Shown piece by piece: positions 21,045 to 32,169 of a stretch of DNA of 64,000 nucleotides. The position numbers and the translations under genes were made by a program. The notes beneath the pieces are model-generated. The model searched no databases and had not been told where the DNA came from. It was given only the letters and a program-made list of their open reading frames with translations. Source of the DNA: an uncultured Holophagales bacterium (lineage in GTDB: Bacteria; Acidobacteriota; Thermoanaerobaculia; Multivoradales; UBA5704); the NCBI GenBank assembly GCA_963842525.1, contig CAWJGT010000034.1:32001-96000 (forward strand), written 5' to 3'. How positions within the stretch are numbered: position 1 is the first letter of the stretch; every line of letters begins with the position of its first letter.

Positions 21045-21799
21045 GGCTCAACACCTCCTCGGAAAGCCGGTAGTACTCGTAGGCTCCCGTCGACCGCGGC
21101 GCGAAGGTGAAGATCGACTCCCGGTAGGCAGGGCTCTCCTCCAGGCGGACGCTCTTCGTGATCACCGTCTCGAAGACCTTGTTCCCGAAGACCTGTCTGG
21201 ATCTGCTCGTAGATGTCCTTGGCCAGCAGCGTCCGCTTGTCGTACATGGTGATCAGCGCGCCCAGGATCTGCAGCTGCGGGTTGGCCCGGACCTTGATCT
21301 TGTCGATCGTCTCCAGCAGGTCGTCCGTCCCTTCCAGGGCGAAGTAGCTGGCCTGGATGGGGATCAGCACGTGGCTGGCTGCCACCAGCGCGTTCACCGT
21401 GATGATCCCCAGGGTCGGCGGCGTGTCGATGATGATGTAGTCGTAGTCGTCCTGGACGCTGCTGCAGCTCGTCCTTCAGCCGGTAGTGGCTGTCGAGCTC
21501 GCCGATCAGCTTGGCCTCGATCTTGGCGAGGGCGATCGTGGACGGGGCGATGAAGAGGTTCGCGACCTTCTCCGCCGGCCGGATGATGTCGGACAGATGG
21601 AGGTCGTCCTCGCGTGAGGGCGTCGTACATCGAGAGCTGGAAGCTCGTGGATGTCGAGGAAGGACATCGAGCTGTTGGCCTGGGGATCGAGGTCGACGAT
21701 CAGGGTCCGGATGCCCTTGCTGGCCAGGGCCGCGGCGAGATTGATAGCGGTGGTGGTCTTGCCGACTCCACCCTTCTGGTTGGCGATCGCGATGATCAT
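21037..21799 (-). CDS. parA: ParA/Soj ATPase (frameshifted)
   Basis: [48 protein letters not shown]. Confidence 0.9.
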
Positions 21800-21862
21800 G
21801 AGAGATCGGCAGTCTAAGGGATGCACTCCGGCGGGGTCAAGGATGCCGCTCGCGGGCCGCGA

Positions 21863-21886
21863 CGAATGTCGGCGCGCCGACATTCG
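21863..21886. promoter_or_regulatory. Perfect 24-bp palindrome CGAATGTCGGCGCGCCGACATTCG upstream of parA (parS-like candidate)
   Basis: Read directly. The 20-bp core recurs at 36933-36952. Confidence 0.6.
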
Positions 21887-21932
21887 CCGCTAAGTCTCGG
21901 AAATTGCGCCACTTAGAGGGCAGAACCGCAGC

Positions 21933-22437
21933 TCACATCGTGTACTTGCCCAGCTCTTCCGGGCTGATCTCTTCGAGCCAGCTTCTTGAGCTTCTCCTCG
22001 TCGCTCACCTGGGTCGCCAGGTCGGCCGCCTGCGCCTTGTCGAGGACCGCGCGCAGGACGAAGATCGGAGCATCGGTGCGCAGGGCCAGGGCGATGGCGT
22101 CGCTCGGCCGGGCGTCGACGGTCGACCGGGTCGCTCCTGGTGTTGGACATGGATGCAGGGCGAAGAAGGTGCTCTCCCGCAGGTCGGAGATGACGATCTT
22201 CTCGACCGTGGCGCCGAGCTGCTCGACCACGGGCGCAGGAGGTCGTGGGTCATCGGGCGTGGCGGCTCCACCCCCTCGATCCGCAGGGCGATGGCGTTGG
22301 CTTCGAAGACGCCGATCCAGATCGGCAGGAACAACTGGCTCTCGGGTGTCGCGGAGGATGACGATCGGGACGTTGGAGGCAGGGTCGAGCATCAGGCCCT
22401 TGATTTCTACCTGGAGCTCGTCGTTGGGGTCGCTCAT
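21933..22437 (-). CDS. Bifunctional nuclease (DUF151) family protein (frameshifted)
   Basis: [36 protein letters not shown]. Confidence 0.88.
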
Positions 22438-22442
22438 GAAGC

Positions 22443-23844
22443 CTATTCTGAGCGCCGCCGGGACAGGTCAAGGCGATCTCGGAGACGAGCGCGTCCGGAG
22501 CGGATGAGGCTGATGCGCCGAGCAGGCTGTGAGCTGAGAGCCGCTGCACCTGGACCGGGTGACGCTGCCCAGCGGCGCCGGCTCGGGGCCGGCCTGGAAG
22601 TGGACGATCCGGTGGCAGGGGGTGCGGCCGGTCTGCAGTCCCCGGCTGCTTGCCCCCAGCCGGTCACCACGACGTCGAAGTCCTCCCCCACCAGGCTCCT
22701 CGTTGATCTCGCGCTGGATCCCCTCCTGGACGGCGAAGAGGCGCTGCAGGCGCTCGGAGGCGACTGCCGGAATCGACCTGCGCCGTCGAGCCGCGGCGCC
22801 GCGGTCCCCGGCCGCGGCGAGTACTTGAAGGCGAAGACGGCGCCGAAAGCGGACCTCGCGGACCAGGTCGAGCGTCTGCTGGAAGTCCTCTTCGGTCTCG
22901 CCCGGGAAGCCGACGATGATGTCGGTCGAGAGCGCCAGGCCCGGCCGCGCACGACGGAGCTGCGCCGACGAGGTCGAGGTACTCGGCGCGCGTGTAGCCG
23001 CGCCCCATGCGCCGCAGCACGCGGTCGGACCCCGACTGCACCGGCAGGTGGAGGTAGGGGCAGATGTTGGCGTGGCGTCCCCACCTGCTCCACCATGCGC
23101 GGCGTGAAGTCGCGCGGGTAGGAGGTGACGAAGCGCAGGCGCTGGAGACCCGGCAGCGGTCGCCACGGCTTCCAGCAGGTCGGCGAAGTCGAGGTCGCCT
23201 CCCGGCTCGCGCCAGTGGTTGACCGTCTGCCCGAGCAGCTCGATCTCCTGGAAGCCATAGTCGAGGAGGTGCCGGACCTCGCGCAGGACCTCTGCCAGGG
23301 GACGGCTCCGCTCCGGCCCGCGGGTCTGCGGCACGATGCAGAAGGTGCAGTTCTTGTCGCACCCCTCGATGATGGTCACCATCCCCTTGTATTCGCCCTG
23401 CCGGGAGATCGCGTCGATGTCGTACGTGCCGGTCCTCCGGAAAGCCGGTGGCCACGACCCGCTCGCCCGCCCGGCGCCGCGCGAGGACCTCCTGCAGCTC
23501 CCCGACCCGCGCGGGTCCGAGGACGAAGTCGAGGTCGGGCACCCGGCGCGAGAGCCTGCTCCCCTTCCTGCTGGGCCACGCAGCCGCAGAGGCCGATCAG
23601 GAGGTCCTCGTCGCGTCCGCTTGAGCAGGCGGTATTCGCCCAGGCGCGAGTAGACCTTCTGCTCGGCCTTCTCCCGCACGCTGCAGGAGTTGAGCAGGAT
23701 GATGTCCGCCTCTTCCGGCTCCCGGGTCGGCAGGATGCCCTGCTGCATGAGCTGGCCGGCCATGCGCTGGCTGTCCAGCTCGTTCATCTGGCAGCCCCAG
23801 GTCTCGATGAAGACCCGGCGCGGTTTTTTGGAAGGCGGGGTCAT
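22443..23844 (-). CDS. miaB: tRNA-2-methylthio-N6-dimethylallyladenosine synthase (frameshifted; 3' end approximate)
   Basis: [24 protein letters not shown], radical-SAM [36 protein letters not shown]. Confidence 0.92.
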
Positions 23845-23855
23845 TCATGTCGTCC

Positions 23856-24689
23856 TCACCTCATCGGGGGCGGCTCTGACGGGACGTAGACCGGAGGCTC
23901 GATGGGCTGGTGCTGGCGCCGGGCCCCATCTTCTTCCTCTCGGCCTTCGGGCTCCAGCTCCGCTCCTTCGCGGAGCCAGCCGGGCAGGGCTCCCGTCCCG
24001 GCGGCCTGTCTCCTCCAGAAGTCGGCGAGCTCCTTCTTCGCGGCTTCGACCTCGTCCCGCGCCTCGTCCAACCGGTCGAGCACCCGGTCCCATTCCGGCT
24101 TGACTCTGGTGTCCCGGACGTAGGGGTCGTCCTCGGCGTAGAAGCGGCGACGCAGCCCGGCGGCGCTCTGCCTCCAGCTTCTTGACCTCTTCGGCCGTAC
24201 GCTGCCAGCGCGCGCGGATCTCCCGGCTGCGGCTGCGCCAGTATTGCTCGTCGTGGACCGGCTCGGCCTCGTCCGGTATCGCCGGCGTCGCCGGCGCGGC
24301 CGCCTGCGGCTTCTTTCTTCGGGTCGGCGACGGTGATCTGCCCCTTGGCGTATCTTCGCGAGGGTCTTGTCCGTGATGACGGCCACGGGATGGCCCGAGC
24401 GGGCCCGGCGCTCCGTCTCGGCGCGGCCGGCCTCGGCGAGGCTCACCGGAGCCTTCTCGCCACCCGGATCGACGACGACCTCGACGCCCTCCGGTTTTTC
24501 GTTGGGTGCGGCGGCCTCGGGCGCGGGGGTGGGCGCCGGCTCAGCTTCCGGCGTGGTGTCCGGCTGGGCGGCGGGCGGCGGGGGCTCCTGGGCCTTCGCC
24601 TTGGGGGCCGGCGGCGCGCCGGCGCAGCCCGCGGCGGCCAACAGGGCCCAGAGCAGAGCGCCGCATGCCAGGGGCCTAGGCCCGGCCAT
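23856..24689 (-). CDS. Hypothetical lipoprotein with Pro/Ala-rich linker and coiled coil (frameshifted)
   Basis: Lipobox-like LLAAAGC, VITDKTL, and C-terminal ALPGWLR. Confidence 0.6.
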   Translation of the reverse strand: MAGPRPLACGALLWALLAAAGCAGAPPAPKAKAQEPPPPAAQPDTTPEAEPAPTPAPEAAAPNEKPEGVEVVVDPGGEKAPVSLAEAGRAETERRARSGHPVAVITDKTLAKIRQGADHRRRPEERSRRRPRRRRRRYRTRPSRSTTSNTGAAAAGRSARAGSVRPKRSRSWRQSAAGLRRRFYAEDDPYVRDTRVKPEWDRVLDRLDEARDEVEAAKKELADFWRRQAAGTGALPGWLREGAELEPEGREEEDGARRQHQPIEPPVYVPSEPPPMR

Positions 24690-25031
24690 AGCGATCTTCC
24701 AGCCGGACCACGTCGTGCGAGCTCCGGGGTGGAGACCTCGATGATGTCGCAGCCGTTCTCTCCCGCGACCATCCGATGCTTCGTGTACGGCATGATGCGG
24801 TACGAATCGCCGCCGCGCAGGACCCGTGGTGACCATGTCTCCGTCCTCCTCCACCACCAGCTCGACCTCTCCTTCGGAGAGGTAGAGGGTCTCGTCCTTG
24901 ATCTCGTGGTACTGCAGCGAGAGGGCCTGGCCGGCGTTGACGTGCAGGATCTTCCCCACGTAGCGGTCGGTATGGGCGAAGATCAGCTCGTAGCCCCAGG
25001 GCTTCTCGACTCGGCGAATCGGAGACTGCAT
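24676..25031 (-). CDS. Cupin (mannose-6-phosphate isomerase C-terminal-like), frameshifted
   Basis: VEKPWGYELIFAHTDRYVGKILHV...LSLQYHEIKDET...EVSTPEL.DVVRLEDRYGR. Confidence 0.82.
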
Positions 25032-25051
25032 CGGCACTCCTTCCTTCAACC

Positions 25052-26837
25052 TTATTCTCAAGGACGACGGCTCGCGCACCGCAGCAGTCGAAGAAGCTGT
25101 CCAGGTGCTGCTGGACTTCCGCGGCGGTGGAGAGCTCGAGGCAACGGTTCGGCCAGCTCGGCGAGCTCGGCCGCGGACTGCTCGCGGATCCAGCGTCTTG
25201 ACCTCGGGGATCTGGCGCGGGCTCATCGAGAGCCGCCGCAGGCCCAGGCCCACCAGCAGCAAGGCGTAGCGCGGATCCGCGGCCATCTCGCCGCAGAGGC
25301 TGACCTCGATGCCCTGCCGCCTGGGCGCTGTCGATGACGAAGCGTAGCATGCGCAGAATCGCGGGATGAAGGGGCTGGTAGAGGTCGCCACGTGCTCGTT
25401 GTTGCGGTCGACGGCCATGCGAGTACTGGATCAGGTCGTTGGTGCCGATCGAGAAGAAGTCGACCTCGCGGGCCAGCACGTCGGAGATCATCGCCGCCGC
25501 CGGCACCTCGATCATGACCCCCAGCCGCACGTCGCGGCGGAACGGCACGCCCCTCCCGCTCCAGCTCCCCCATCGACCTCGTCCGCGAAGGCGCGGAACT
25601 GCCGCACCTCCTCGAGCGTGCTCACCAGCGGCAGCATGACCCAGAGGTCGCCGTAGAGGCCGGCGCGGTAGAGCGCCCGGATCTGGGTGCGGAAGACCTC
25701 GGGCCGCGCCAGGGTCAGGCGGATGCCGCGCAGCCCCAGGACCGGGTTCTCCTCCTCGCGTCGCCATCATCTCGCGCGCCAGCTTGCGGCCGCCCAGGTC
25801 GTAGGTGCGGATGATCGCCGGGTGGGGCGCCGCCGCCTCGATGAGCCGGCGGTAGATCTCGAGGTGCTCCTCCTCGGTGGGCAGGCTCGGGCTCTTCTCG
25901 ATGTAGAGGAACTCGCTGCGGTAGAGGCCGACCCCGGCGGCGCCGAAGCACGGCGACCTCGTCGATCTCCTCGGGAAGGTCGATGTTGGCCATCAGCTTG
26001 ATCTCGACGCCGTCGCGGGTCACCGGCCGCGAGCTCGCGCGTGGCCAGCAGGTCGCGGTCGCGCCGCTCGAGTCGGCCTTGCGGGCGCGGTACGGCTCCA
26101 GGACCTCGGCGTCGGGGTGGACGATGACCGTCCCGGTCTCGCCGTCCACGATGATCGGGGCTTCGTCGTCGCACCAGCTCGGTGACGCCCGATCAGGCCG
26201 GCCACGGCCGGGATGTTGAGCGAGCGGGCGATGATCGTGGTGTGCGAGGTGCGGCCGCCCGATCTCGATGGCGAAGCCGATCACCTTCTCGCCGGCCGAG
26301 GCGGATGGCGTCCGACGGGGTCAGGTCGTCGGCCACGATGACGACGTCGTCGCGGCATCTCGGAGAGCTCGTGGTGCGGCAGATCCCCTGGAGGCTGCGC
26401 AGCAGATGGCGGCTGACGTCGGTCAGGTCCTCGCTGCGCTCGCGCAGGTAGGCGTCGTCCATGTGGGCGAAGCGGTCGTCGAGCTCCTCGGCCGTCTTGT
26501 GGACCGCCCACTCGGCATTGACCTGCTGGGTGCGGATGCGCTCCTCGACCCGGCCCAGGAACTTGGCGGTCGGAGAGCAGCAGCACGTGGGCGTCGAAGA
26601 TCGCGGCCAGGTCGTCGCCCAGGTCCTCCCCGCCTGGCGCGGGTGCGCTGCAGCTCGACGCGCGGCATGCCGGCCGCCTTCGTGCAGGCGGGCGACCTCC
26701 GCTTCGACCTGGTCTTCGGGGAGGTGGAGCCGGAAGATGTCGGGACCGCGGGTCTCGATGCACGACCGCGCGGCCGATGGCGATGCCGCTCGGAGACCCC
26801 CAAGCCCTGCAACGACCTGCATTTCGGCTCCAGGCAT
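25052..26837 (-). CDS. ptsI: PTS enzyme I (many frameshifts; 3' end approximate)
   Basis: YLRERSEDLTDV, VADDLTPSD, KLMANIDLPEE, GVMIEVPAAA, DFFSIGTNDLIQY, SLCGEMAADP. Confidence 0.9.
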
Positions 26838-27108
26838 CAGCTCTCCTCGTCGAAGCGGTTGGCGATCAGCGTCGCGTGACGGCCCGCAGGCCTCTTCCTC
26901 GTCCTGCCCGTCGCAGCGGATGACGACCTGGCTCCCCTGGGCCGCAGCCAGGAGGAGGATGCCGAGGATGCTCTTGGCGTCGACCTCTTCTCCGTCCTTG
27001 ACCACCGTGACCCGGCTTTGGAAGCCGCCGGCGGTGTGCACGAGCTTCGCCGCCGCCCGCGCATGCAGACCGAGCCGGTTGACGATCGTCCGCCTCCCGC
27101 TCGATCAT
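26837..27108 (-). CDS. ptsH: HPr phosphocarrier
   Basis: IVNRLGLHARAAAKLV and VDAKSILGILLLAAAQG. Confidence 0.9.
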
Positions 27109-27551
27109 CGGCTCTTGGGCTACCGGTCGCAGGACCGCGCACTTCGGCGGGCTGACCATGTCGCCGCGCCAGGCAGAGGCTCCGCTGCCCCTTGCCCTGG
27201 AGCCAGCGCGCCAGCTCTTCGACGATCGCTGCGGCTCCTCGGCCTGGCAGGCCAGGCGCAGCACCATGGGCAGGTTGACCCCGGTCAGGACCTCGACCTT
27301 CCCCGGCTGAAGGAAGGTCATCGGCCATGTTCAGGGGGTGCCGCCGTACATGTCGGTGAGGATGAGCACGCCCTGCCCTTCGTCGAGCCGCTCGATGGCG
27401 GCACGGCACCTTGGCCCGGGCTTCGTCGAAGCTGTCGCTCCAGTCGAGGGCCAGATGCCTCGAAGCCGGCCAGGCGGCCGGAGATGATCTGCGCGGCCGC
27501 CAGCAGCTCGCGCGCAAGGCCGCCGTGGGTCAGAATGAGTTTGCCGATCAT
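27105..27551 (-). CDS. PTS EIIA, mannose/fructose type (frameshifted)
   Basis: [35 protein letters not shown]. Confidence 0.85.
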
Positions 27552-27599
27552 GGGGGTATGGTAAACGACGAAAAGGACGAAGGGACGTCCTTTCAGGCG

Positions 27600-28470
27600 C
27601 TACCGGGCAATATCCCGGTGGATCACCCGAGCCGGCCAGCCCCTGCTCTTCCAGCCGGGCCTTGAGCCGCTCGGCGACGGCCACCGAGCGGTGCCGGCCT
27701 CCGGTGCAGCCGATCGCCACCGACAGGTAGCTCCGGTTCTCGCGGCGGTAACGCGGCAGCAGATAGAGCAGCAGGTCGGTGATCCGCTCCACCAGCTCGC
27801 CGAAGTCCGGCTGCCGCTCGAGGTAGTCGAGCACCGCGGCGTCCTGCCCCGTCTGCTCGCGCAAGCCCGGGGACGAAGTGCGGGTTCGGAAGGAAACGCA
27901 CGTCGAACAGTAGGTCGGTGCCGTAGGGGATGCCGTGCTTGAAGCCGAAGCTGACCAGGGAGACGACCATCCCCGGCTCTTCGCCCGGGGTGGTCGGCGA
28001 ACTCCCGGTAGACCTGGGTGCGGATCTCGTGGATCGACCACTCGCTGGTGTCGAGCACCATGTCGGCCCGGCCGCGCAGGTCGGCCAGGATCTCGCGCTC
28101 GCGCCGGATCCCCTCGATCACCGGCAGGTCGGGCGCCAGGGGATGGGGGCGCCGGGTCTCGGAGAACCGCCGCACCAGCACCTCGTCCGAGGCCTCGAGG
28201 AAGAGGAGCGTCAGCTCTTCGATCCGCTCGCGGTCGATCTCGGCGATCAGCCGCGGCAACTCCTCGGCGAACCCCGGCGCGCGCACGTCGGTCACCACGG
28301 CGATCCGGTCGTTGCCCGCGCACCAGCTCGAACGGGTTGTCGAGGAACTGGCGCAGCAGCGGCAGCGGGAGGTTGTCGACCGTGTAGTAGCCGAGGTCCT
28401 CGAAGCACTTGGCGACCACGCTCTTGCCGGAGCCCGAGAGGCCCGTGATGAGGACCAGCCTGGTGGTCAT
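27600..28470 (-). CDS. rapZ: RNase adapter RapZ (frameshifted)
   Basis: [57 protein letters not shown]. Confidence 0.92.
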
Positions 28471-29457
28471 GTCTCCGCCGGCTCCTTGGGCGGTGTTCCG
28501 GTTTCGCTCAAGCTGCGCCTCGAGCTTGCGGGCGAACTCCCGGGCGGAATGGTGCCCCTGGAGCTTCAGGACGTGATTGCGGGCGGCGATCTCGACCAGG
28601 ATGCTCGACGTTGCGCCCGAGGGCGACGGGCATCCGGATGTAGGGGCACGGGGTCTCCAGGATGTTGAAGATCGTCTCGTCGAGGCCCAGGCGGTCGTAC
28701 GGCGGCCGCTCTGCCAGTGCTCCAGCTCGATGACGAGGTCGATCGTTCGTCCGCTCGCGCACCGAGGCCAGGCCGAAGAGGTCCTGGACGTTGATGATGC
28801 CGATGCCGCGCAGCTCCATGTGGTGGCGCAGCGGCCCCTCGCTGAAGCCGACCAGCTCGCCGTTCGGGTAGCGCTTGACCGTGACCCGGTCGTCCGCCAC
28901 CAGGCTGTGGCCGCGGGTGATCAGGTCGAGCGCCGACTCGCTCTTCCCCACTCCGCTCTCGCCGATCAGGAGCACGCCGAGGCCGTAGATCTCGAGCAGC
29001 ACGCCGTGCAGCGAGGTCGACGGGACCAGGTGGTCCTCCAGGAAGTAGCTGATCCCCTTGATGACGGTCGACGACAGGCTCGGACGAGGAGAGGACCGGC
29101 ACCTCCCGGCTCTGGCACAGCGTGAGGAACCCCGGCAGCGGAGCGATCCCCTTGGTGATGACGAACACCGGCACGGGCAGGCCGGTGATCGTCTCCAGCC
29201 GCTCGCTGGCGCTCCTCCTCCTCCAGGGTCTTCAGGTACTCGGTCTCGCTCTCGCCGATGATCTGGACGCGGCCCGGCTTGATGTAGGCGTAGTAGCCGG
29301 CGAAGGCGAGGCCGGGCTTCTGCACCCGCGGATGGGTGATGCAGTTGTCGAGGTGCGACTCGCCGGAGAGGACCCGCAGGTGCAGGTAGCCAAGCTCCTC
29401 GCTCAACAGCTCGGCCACCCGCACGCAAGGGCCCGTGTCCGGTTCCATGCTCGTCAT
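28467..29457 (-). CDS. hprK: HPr(Ser) kinase/phosphorylase (frameshifted)
   Basis: [51 protein letters not shown]. Confidence 0.92.
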
Positions 29458-29912
29458 CCCCCTTCCTTCTGCAGGAAGTCGTAGATCGCCTGCGGGTCGC
29501 GCAGCTCGCGGAGGACGCTCGGCATGCCGGTCGGCCTTGATCCAGCGCGAGATGCGCGGCGAGGATCTGCAGGTGCTCGGCCGGCGACTCGCTCGGGGAG
29601 ACGACCAGGAAGAAGAGATCCGACCGGCAGGCCGTCGGCCGCGCCGAAGCTCACCCCCTCCCGGGTGAGCCCGACCGCCACGACACCCCGGGCCAGCCCC
29701 TTGAGCTTGCAGTGCGGGATGGCGATGCCGCCGCCGATCCCGGTCGAGCCGAGCTGCTCGCGCTCCCAGAGCTTGTTGAACAGGTCCTCGGCAGTCGGCG
29801 CCAGCCCGCTCCCGGCGATCCGTTCGGCAAGCGCGCGCAACGCCCCCTGCCGGTCCGTGGCCGGCAGGTCCGTGAAGATCAGGTCCGGCCGAGTCAACGA
29901 AGCGAGACGCAC
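29454..29912 (-). CDS. ptsN: PTS EIIA-Ntr
   Basis: LWEREQLGSTGIGGGIAIPHCK and FGAADGLPV. Confidence 0.88.
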   Translation of the reverse strand: MRLASLTRPDLIFTDLPATDRQGALRALAERIAGSGLAPTAEDLFNKLWEREQLGSTGIGGGIAIPHCKLKGLARGVVAVGLTREGVSFGAADGLPVGSLLPGRLPERVAGRAPADPRRASRAGSRPTGMPSVLRELRDPQAIYDFLQKEGG

Positions 29913-29938
29913 AGCCGGGCTTCCCCTCCCTGCCGACC

Positions 29939-31394
29939 TCAGAAGATCTGCTTGCGGTCCGTCGAAGAGGGGATGCTCAGCTCGTCGCGGTACTTGGCCA
30001 CCGTGCGGCGGGCGATCTGGATCCCCTCGCGGTTCAGGATCCGCATCAGCTCGCTGTCGGACAGCGGGCGTTTCGGGTCTTCGGCCTGGATGAGCTGCTC
30101 GATCTTCCGCTTCACCGTCAGCGAGGAGATGTTGTCGCCGTACTCCCGGTCGATGCCGCTGTGGAAGAAGAACTTCATCGGGAAGAGGCCGCGGTGGGTG
30201 TGCATGTACTTGTTGGACACCACGCGGCTGACCGTCGACTCGTGCATGCCGATGTCCTCGGCGACGTCGCGCAGCACCATGGGCCGCAGGTGCTCGATCC
30301 CCTTGTCGAGGAACTCCCGCTGCTGGCGGACGATCGAGGCCGCGACCTTGTAGATGGTGCGCTGGCGCTGGTCGAGGCTCTTGATCAGCCAGACCGCCGA
30401 GCGGATCTTGTCCTTGATGAATTGCTGCGCCTCGGACTGCCGCCCTTCGCTGCGCATGCTCTGCAGCATGCGGCGGTAGGCGCGGCTGACCCGCAGCCGC
30501 GGCAGGCCGTCGTCGTTGAGCTGGATGACGTACTCGTCGCCGACGCGGCGGACGAACACGTCGGGCTCGATGTAGTGCGGCCGGTCGGTGCTGAACTTGC
30601 GGCCGGGTTGGGTCTCGAGGCTCTTGATCAGCTCGAGCGCCTCTTCGAGCTCGGCGAGCTCGACGCCCAGCTTCTTGGCCACCGCCGGGAACTGCCGCCG
30701 CAGGAAGAGGTCCCAGGCCTCGAAGATCATGCGGCGGGCCAGGGCGTCCGGGCGCAACGTCGAGCTGGTCCATCTGCCGCAGCAGGCTCTCCTGCAGGTT
30801 GCAGCAGGCGATGCCCGGCGGGTCGAAGCTGCGCACGAGGGCGAGGGCGTCCTCGACCTCCTCCAGGGTGTACTGCCGCTCCTCGGCCTCGCCCATGGTC
30901 GAGGATCTCTTCGGGCGTCGCCACCAGGAAGCCGTCGGGGTTCAGGTTGCCGATGATCAGCTCGGCGATCTCGCGCTGGCGAGCTTCGATGTCCGCCATG
31001 TGGAGCTGCCAGAGGAGGTGGTCGTAGAGGTCGGGCTCGCGGGTGAGGCTGTTCTCGATCGGCGGCTCGTCCCGCTCCTCCATCATCGAGGAGTGGCCGG
31101 AGCCCTCCCAGTAGTCGCCGAAGTAGGCGTCGAGGTCGATGTTCTCCATCGACTCCGTGTGATCGAGCTCCTCGCCGTTGGTCGGCTTCGGGACGCTCTT
31201 CCTCCGCGCGGCGGCACCTCGTCCTCGATGACCTCGCTGCTCTCTTCGAGCACCGGGTTCTCCACCAGCTCCTGGGTGAGGAGCGTATCGAGCTCCATGC
31301 GGGTCATCTGCAGAAGCTTGATCGCCTGCTGGAGAGAAGGCGTCATCACCAGCTTCTGGGCCAGCCTCAGGGAAAGTTTCTGCTCTAACGCCAT
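29939..31394 (-). CDS. rpoN: RNA polymerase sigma-54 (frameshifted)
   Basis: MTPSLQQAIKLLQM, HESTVSR, and RpoN box ARRTVAKYR. Confidence 0.95.
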
Positions 31395-31406
31395 TCGGAA
31401 CCCGCT

Positions 31407-32165
<759 letters not shown>

Positions 32166-32169
<4 letters not shown>

